Source: Candidatus Eiseniibacteriota bacterium (lineage in GTDB: Bacteria; Eisenbacteria; RBG-16-71-46). Taken from it: a stretch of DNA of 64,000 bases. Of the stretch, positions 59,441 through 64,000 are shown one piece after another; within the stretch, counting starts at the first letter, position 1; every line of letters starts with the position of its first letter. Made by a program: the position numbers and the translations under genes. Location of the stretch: NCBI GenBank assembly GCA_038231135.1, contig JBBRLX010000009.1, positions 32,001 to 96,000 of the forward strand. The letters are read 5' to 3'. The notes beneath the pieces are model-generated. The model saw only the letters and a program-made list of their open reading frames with translations. It ran no database searches and had not been told where the DNA came from.

Positions 59441-60703
59441 ATGCGCGAGTTCCTTCAAGTCGTACCGACGTGGCCGGTGTACTGGTGGGCGCTGATATTC
59501 TTCGCGTTCTACCCGGTCGTGAGCGCCATCACCTGGGTGTCGACCGCATTCCTGTACTTCTACCTGCGCCGCGAGCGCGAGGACGAACGCGACCCGCGTG
59601 TCCCGCAGGTGCTCACCCATTATCCCAAGGTGTCGGTGCTGATCCCCGCCTTCAACGAGGAGAAGGTCATCGCCGAAACGCTGGAATGCGCGACGAGCCT
59701 CGACTATCCCGACTACGAGGTCGTGGTGGTGGACGACGCGTCGTCCGACGGCACGCGCGCCGCGGTGCGGCCGTTCGTGGAAGCCGGCCGCGTGCGGTTG
59801 ATCGCCAAGGAGCAGAACGAGGGCAAGGCGATGGCGATGAACGACGCGATCCCGTGCCTCAACGGCGACATCGTCCTTATCATGGACGCCGACGCCTCAC
59901 CGGATCCCGCGATTCTGCGGTGGATGGTCCCACACTTCGAATCGGCGCGCGTGGCGGGCGTCACCGGCAATCCGCGCGTGGTGAATCGCGACACGTTCCT
60001 GACCCAGCTTCAGCTCGTCGAGTTCACGTCGATCGTCAGCCTGCTGCGCCGCGCCCAGCGGGTGTGGGGGCGCATCCTCACCATGTCGGGGGTCGTCGGC
60101 GCATTCCGCAAGGTCTCGATGATCGACGTCGGGCTGTTCAGCCCCGAGATGGCGACCGAGGACATCGACATGACGTGGAAGCTGCAGCGCGCCGCCTACG
60201 ACGTGCGTTACGAGCCGCGGGCGCTGGTGTGGATGAAGGTGCCGCGCACGCTGGGCGCCCTGATCTACCAGCGCAAGCGCTGGGCGCTCGGGCTCGCGCA
60301 GGTGATGCGCCGCTATCGCGGCGTGCTGGTGAGCTGGCGCGCACGCCGGCTGTGGCCGGTGTTCTACGAGTCGATCATGTCGGTGGTGTGGGCGTACTGC
60401 TTCGTCGTGCTCACCACGTTCTGGATCCTGTCCTACGCGTTCGGAATTCCACCGCTCGGGGTATCGCCGATCCCGAACTGGTGGGGCATGACGATCGGCA
60501 CGCTGTGCCTGATCCAGCTGTTCACCGGCGTGTTCCTCGATTCGCGCTACGACAAGAGCATCGTGAAATACTTTCCGGTGGCCGTGGCGTATCCGATCGC
60601 CTACTGGATGCTGATGTCGCTGATCACGTTCTTCGCCACCCCCGCCGGTGTGCTGCGGCCGCGCCGGCAGGGCGCGGTGACGCAGTGGAGGACGGTGCGA
60701 TGA
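59441..60703 (+). CDS. pgaC: Poly-beta-1,6-N-acetylglucosamine synthase (GT2)
   Basis: VSVLIPAFNEE, DDASSD, GKA.A.N, MDAD, VTGNPRV.NR, TEDID, QRKRW. Confidence 0.92.
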   Translation: MREFLQVVPTWPVYWWALIFFAFYPVVSAITWVSTAFLYFYLRREREDERDPRVPQVLTHYPKVSVLIPAFNEEKVIAETLECATSLDYPDYEVVVVDDASSDGTRAAVRPFVEAGRVRLIAKEQNEGKAMAMNDAIPCLNGDIVLIMDADASPDPAILRWMVPHFESARVAGVTGNPRVVNRDTFLTQLQLVEFTSIVSLLRRAQRVWGRILTMSGVVGAFRKVSMIDVGLFSPEMATEDIDMTWKLQRAAYDVRYEPRALVWMKVPRTLGALIYQRKRWALGLAQVMRRYRGVLVSWRARRLWPVFYESIMSVVWAYCFVVLTTFWILSYAFGIPPLGVSPIPNWWGMTIGTLCLIQLFTGVFLDSRYDKSIVKYFPVAVAYPIAYWMLMSLITFFATPAGVLRPRRQGAVTQWRTVR

Positions 60704-62478
60704 AGCGCGCGATCCTGGCCCTGCTGCTGCTCGCCGTGTGCGCCGGCTTTGCCGGGGCCGCGCCGGCGAAGCGCCCCACGACCCGCCGTCATCACGCCGC
60801 CGGCAAGTCGGCCCAATCGGCGCAGCCCGCCCCGGCACCCACGGATCCGGTGAAGGCGGCGTGGTCCGAGGCGCATGCGTTGTCGGACGCGGGGCACCAC
60901 GACCGGGCGATCGCGGTGCTCGACAGCGCGCTGGCCGTGAACCCCGGCAACGTGGACCTGACGTGGCTGGAGGCCGCGGTCTACGGCGGGTCCGGCAACC
61001 ATAAGGAGGCGGTGGCGCGCTACGAGCGGCTGCTTGCCGTGCACCCCGAGCTCGCGCGCGACGTGCGGATGGACCTGGCGGGCGAGCGGCTGGCCGCCGA
61101 CGATCCGGCGGGCGCCGTGCGCGATCTCGACCTGCGCATCGCCGAGGATCCCACCGACCGCGATGCGCGCCGCATGCGCGCGCAGGCGCTCGCGAACGCG
61201 AATCGGCTCAAGGAATCGCTCACCGCCTACGACAAGTTGCAGGCGGAGGACCCGGACAACCTGGACGTGGCGCTCGAGCGCGCGCGCACGCTGGGCTGGA
61301 TGGGCCGCCACGCGGAGGCGATCGCGGCATATCGTGCGGTGCTGGCGCGCGACCCCGGCCGCGAGGCCGCATTGTTCGGCGTGGCCCAGAACGAGAACTG
61401 GGCCGGCCACAACCGTCGCGCCGCCGTGCTCTACGATTCGCTGCGCGCGTCCAGGTCCTCCGATCCCGAGGCCGACAAGGGCCTGGCGTTCGCCCAGTAC
61501 TGGAGCGGGCACGCGGGACGCGCCCAGACGGCCCTCGACCGCTTCGTGGCGCGACGGCCGAACGATCCCGAGGCTCACGAGCTGGCCGACAAGCTGGCGC
61601 GCGAGCGCAGCGCCGGCTTCACCGCCGGCTATGGCCGCGCCGACGACAGCGACGAGTTGCGCGTGGAGCAGCGCACGCTCGACGTGCGCCTGCCGCTGCC
61701 GGGCGAGGCGGCATTGCTGCTGTCGGCGCGCAAGACCAGCCTGCGCGATCCCGGCGGCACGTTCGACCCGATGCAATACGGCGCGGGTTTCGAGCGCACG
61801 TGGGGCGAGCTGTGGATCGCCCGGGGCGCCCTGTCCTACTACAAGCGCGACTCGAACACCGAGGCGTTCGGCCTCGGCGAGGCGTCGCTGACCTGGAAGC
61901 CGTCCGATCCCGTGCGGCTCGACGCCGGAATCTCGAAGGACGCGATCGACACGCGGTTGTCGACCGAGCTGGGCATCACCGCGCGCACGCTCGTCGCCGG
62001 CGTCGACTGGAACGTGAACGACGCGACGCAGCTGCATGCCGACGTGCGGCACCGCGACTACAGCGACGACAACCACGCCACGCAGCTCGCCGCGTCGGCG
62101 CGCCGCCGCGTGCACGCCGAGCGCCGCTGGCGCGCGTTCGTGGCGGCACGCGTGGAACAACTGCGCACCGACCAGGACCTCGACCACGGCTATTACGATC
62201 CGAAGCGCTACACCGAGGGCGGGCCGGGGCTCGAGCTCGAGTGGGAGCCGTCGCGCATCTGGTCGATCACCGTGGACGCCCGCACCGGCTGGCAGCAGGA
62301 ACAGGGCGCGAACACGAAATCGTTCTACAACCTGAACGCCACCGCCGAGGTGCTGCTCGGCCGCGTCGCCACGCTGGCGCTCGATGCCGGCCGCAGCAAT
62401 TCGAACCTCTCGGCCGAGAACGGCTTCGAGCAGAAGCGCTGGGCGGTCTCGCTGTCGCGGAGCTTCTTCAAGCCGTGA
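60700..62478 (+). CDS. PgaA-like export protein (TPR repeats + C-terminal beta-barrel)
   Basis: Signal peptide; TPRs (ARTLGWMGRHAEAIAAY); beta-strand C-terminus with GYYDP and terminal F; located between pgaC and pgaB. Confidence 0.75.
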   Translation: MKRAILALLLLAVCAGFAGAAPAKRPTTRRHHAAGKSAQSAQPAPAPTDPVKAAWSEAHALSDAGHHDRAIAVLDSALAVNPGNVDLTWLEAAVYGGSGNHKEAVARYERLLAVHPELARDVRMDLAGERLAADDPAGAVRDLDLRIAEDPTDRDARRMRAQALANANRLKESLTAYDKLQAEDPDNLDVALERARTLGWMGRHAEAIAAYRAVLARDPGREAALFGVAQNENWAGHNRRAAVLYDSLRASRSSDPEADKGLAFAQYWSGHAGRAQTALDRFVARRPNDPEAHELADKLARERSAGFTAGYGRADDSDELRVEQRTLDVRLPLPGEAALLLSARKTSLRDPGGTFDPMQYGAGFERTWGELWIARGALSYYKRDSNTEAFGLGEASLTWKPSDPVRLDAGISKDAIDTRLSTELGITARTLVAGVDWNVNDATQLHADVRHRDYSDDNHATQLAASARRRVHAERRWRAFVAARVEQLRTDQDLDHGYYDPKRYTEGGPGLELEWEPSRIWSITVDARTGWQQEQGANTKSFYNLNATAEVLLGRVATLALDAGRSNSNLSAENGFEQKRWAVSLSRSFFKP

Positions 62479-64000
62479 TCCCGCTCCGCCCGAGCCTCGC
62501 GCCGCTTGCGGTCCTGCTGGTCGCGACGTCGTGCGCCGCGGCGCCCCGCGTCACGCCCGGCGCCGCACCGCTCGTGGCGGTGCTCTGCTACCACGATGTG
62601 TCGGACGACCCGGGCGCCGAGCTGCAGACGGTGCCGGCAAGGTTCCTGCGGGCCCAGATCGAGGCCTGCAAGCAGACCGGGTGGACGTTCCTGTCGCTCG
62701 CGGACCTGCTCGAGCGCCAGCGCAAGGGCACGCTGCCCCCGCGCAGCATGGTGCTGACGTTCGACGACGGCTATCGCAGCTTCTACGACCAGGCACTGCC
62801 GGTCCTCGAGTCCGAGCACGTGCCGGCCACGATCGCGATCATCACCTCGTACACCGATCACCCGCCGGCGAACCTGCCGCCGCTCATGAGCTGGGACCAG
62901 ATCCGCGCGGCCGAGCACGCCGGCATCGAGGTGGCATCGCACACCCACGATCTGCACCACTACGAGACCGACAACCCGGTGCACGACACCGCACCCGGCG
63001 TGTCCGCGCGCCTGTGGCTCGACGCCACGAAGCGCTACGAGACCCGCGAGGAGTACCGGTCGCGCATCCGCGCCGACCTCGCTGAATCGCAGCGCGTGCT
63101 CACGGCCCGGCTCGGACACCCCGTCACCGCACTCGTGTGGCCCTACGGCATCCACAACGACATGGCGCGCGGCCTGGCGGACCAGGACGGGTTCCATACC
63201 ACGCTCGCGCTGGGCTGGCGCGACGCCGAGCCGCGCGACTTCGAGCTGCACTGCCTGCCCCGCATCATGGTGACGCGGGACCTGCGCTTCGCCGGCGCCA
63301 GCCTGTCGTGGCTGCGCCAGCCCCAGGGCACGATGCGGGCGGCGGCGGTAAGCCTCGACGATCTCTACGACCCCGACATGACGGTGTGCCGCGCGCGGCT
63401 CGACGCGATGATCGTGCGGCTGCGCGCGATCGGCGCGACGCACGTGCTGCTCGACGTGTGCTCGAACCCCGCCGCCGACGGCCGGCTCGAGCAGGTCTAC
63501 ATGCCCGGCAGCCAGGCGCCGATGCGGGCCGACCTGTGGACGCTGGTCGCCGCCAAGCTGGCGAACGCGAAGCTCAGGGTGTGGGTGCGCGCCCCGTCGA
63601 TGAACCTGACGTGGGCGTGGCAGCGGCACCCCGAATGGCGGCTCGGCGCCGATCCCCATCCAATCGCGAATTCGTCGTTCGGCGAGAGCGCGGACGAGCT
63701 CGAGGCGCGCACGCTGAAGCGCTGGCCAACGCGGCTGTCGCCGGAACTGCCCGCCGTGCGTCAGGCCGCCGCAGACTTTTTCACCGACATGGCCGTCTAC
63801 CTGCCGATCGACGGCGTGCTGTTCGACGACGACGCCGTGCTGCTGCCGGGCGAGCGGCTCGCGTCCAGGCCCGTCGCAACCCCGGCCGAGCGCGCCCAGG
63901 CGGTCGACGGGCTGATCACCGGCATCGAAGCCGCGGTGCGGGCGTGGCGGCCGGAATGCCGGTTCGGTCGCGTGGGGGGTTCTGAAGGCGTGCTGTCCGA
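62475..64000 (+). CDS. pgaB: PNAG N-deacetylase/hydrolase lipoprotein, truncated by the window edge
   Basis: GTG overlaps the upstream stop; lipobox ATS|C; VLCYHDV, LTFDDGYRSFY, ASHTHDLH, VWPYG; GH153-like part (LDDLYDPD, PMRADL, RLSP, DGVLFDDD). Confidence 0.9.
   Translation, partial: MIPLRPSLAPLAVLLVATSCAAAPRVTPGAAPLVAVLCYHDVSDDPGAELQTVPARFLRAQIEACKQTGWTFLSLADLLERQRKGTLPPRSMVLTFDDGYRSFYDQALPVLESEHVPATIAIITSYTDHPPANLPPLMSWDQIRAAEHAGIEVASHTHDLHHYETDNPVHDTAPGVSARLWLDATKRYETREEYRSRIRADLAESQRVLTARLGHPVTALVWPYGIHNDMARGLADQDGFHTTLALGWRDAEPRDFELHCLPRIMVTRDLRFAGASLSWLRQPQGTMRAAAVSLDDLYDPDMTVCRARLDAMIVRLRAIGATHVLLDVCSNPAADGRLEQVYMPGSQAPMRADLWTLVAAKLANAKLRVWVRAPSMNLTWAWQRHPEWRLGADPHPIANSSFGESADELEARTLKRWPTRLSPELPAVRQAAADFFTDMAVYLPIDGVLFDDDAVLLPGERLASRPVATPAERAQAVDGLITGIEAAVRAWRPECRFGRVGGSEGVLS

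Overview
High-GC, gene-dense bacterial chromosome segment with no rRNA, tRNA, CRISPR array or recognisable transposase/integrase. Secreted proteins ending in a PNP-type FlgD-Ig/T9SS-like C-terminal domain, a short ATP synthase epsilon subunit and Bacteroidota-like conserved hypotheticals suggest an FCB-superphylum organism, e.g. a Ca. Eisenbacteria-like lineage (inference). From left to right: three secreted Ig-repeat/cohesin/dockerin proteins downstream of a type IV pilin with a sigma54-type promoter; a wHTH + TauE pair; a complete F-type ATP synthase operon with an in-frame AtpI-AtpB fusion and a Rex-like operator; NUDIX, Kelch, YajQ, RocB and M20 dipeptidase genes; a ferredoxin, an FNR and a 2-oxoacid:ferredoxin oxidoreductase whose alpha and beta genes are split by phzF-VOC-pheA; a MazEF-type TA module coupled to a VIT1 gene; an NTase-like/TPM/LemA trio; a three-gene, translationally coupled pseudo-chemosensory operon; guaB; secDF followed by a lipoprotein, DUF4159, DUF4175, TPR and GAT-like genes; and a pgaD-C-A-B (PNAG) operon that runs off the right edge. 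The best candidates for something undescribed are (1) the pseudo-chemosensory operon, whose MCP-like, CheA-like and HD-GYP-like modules are intact ORFs that have lost their catalytic or signalling motifs, (2) the cohesin/dockerin surface-protein cluster and (3) the AtpI-subunit a fusion. All family calls are by-eye motif recognition; no database searches were run.
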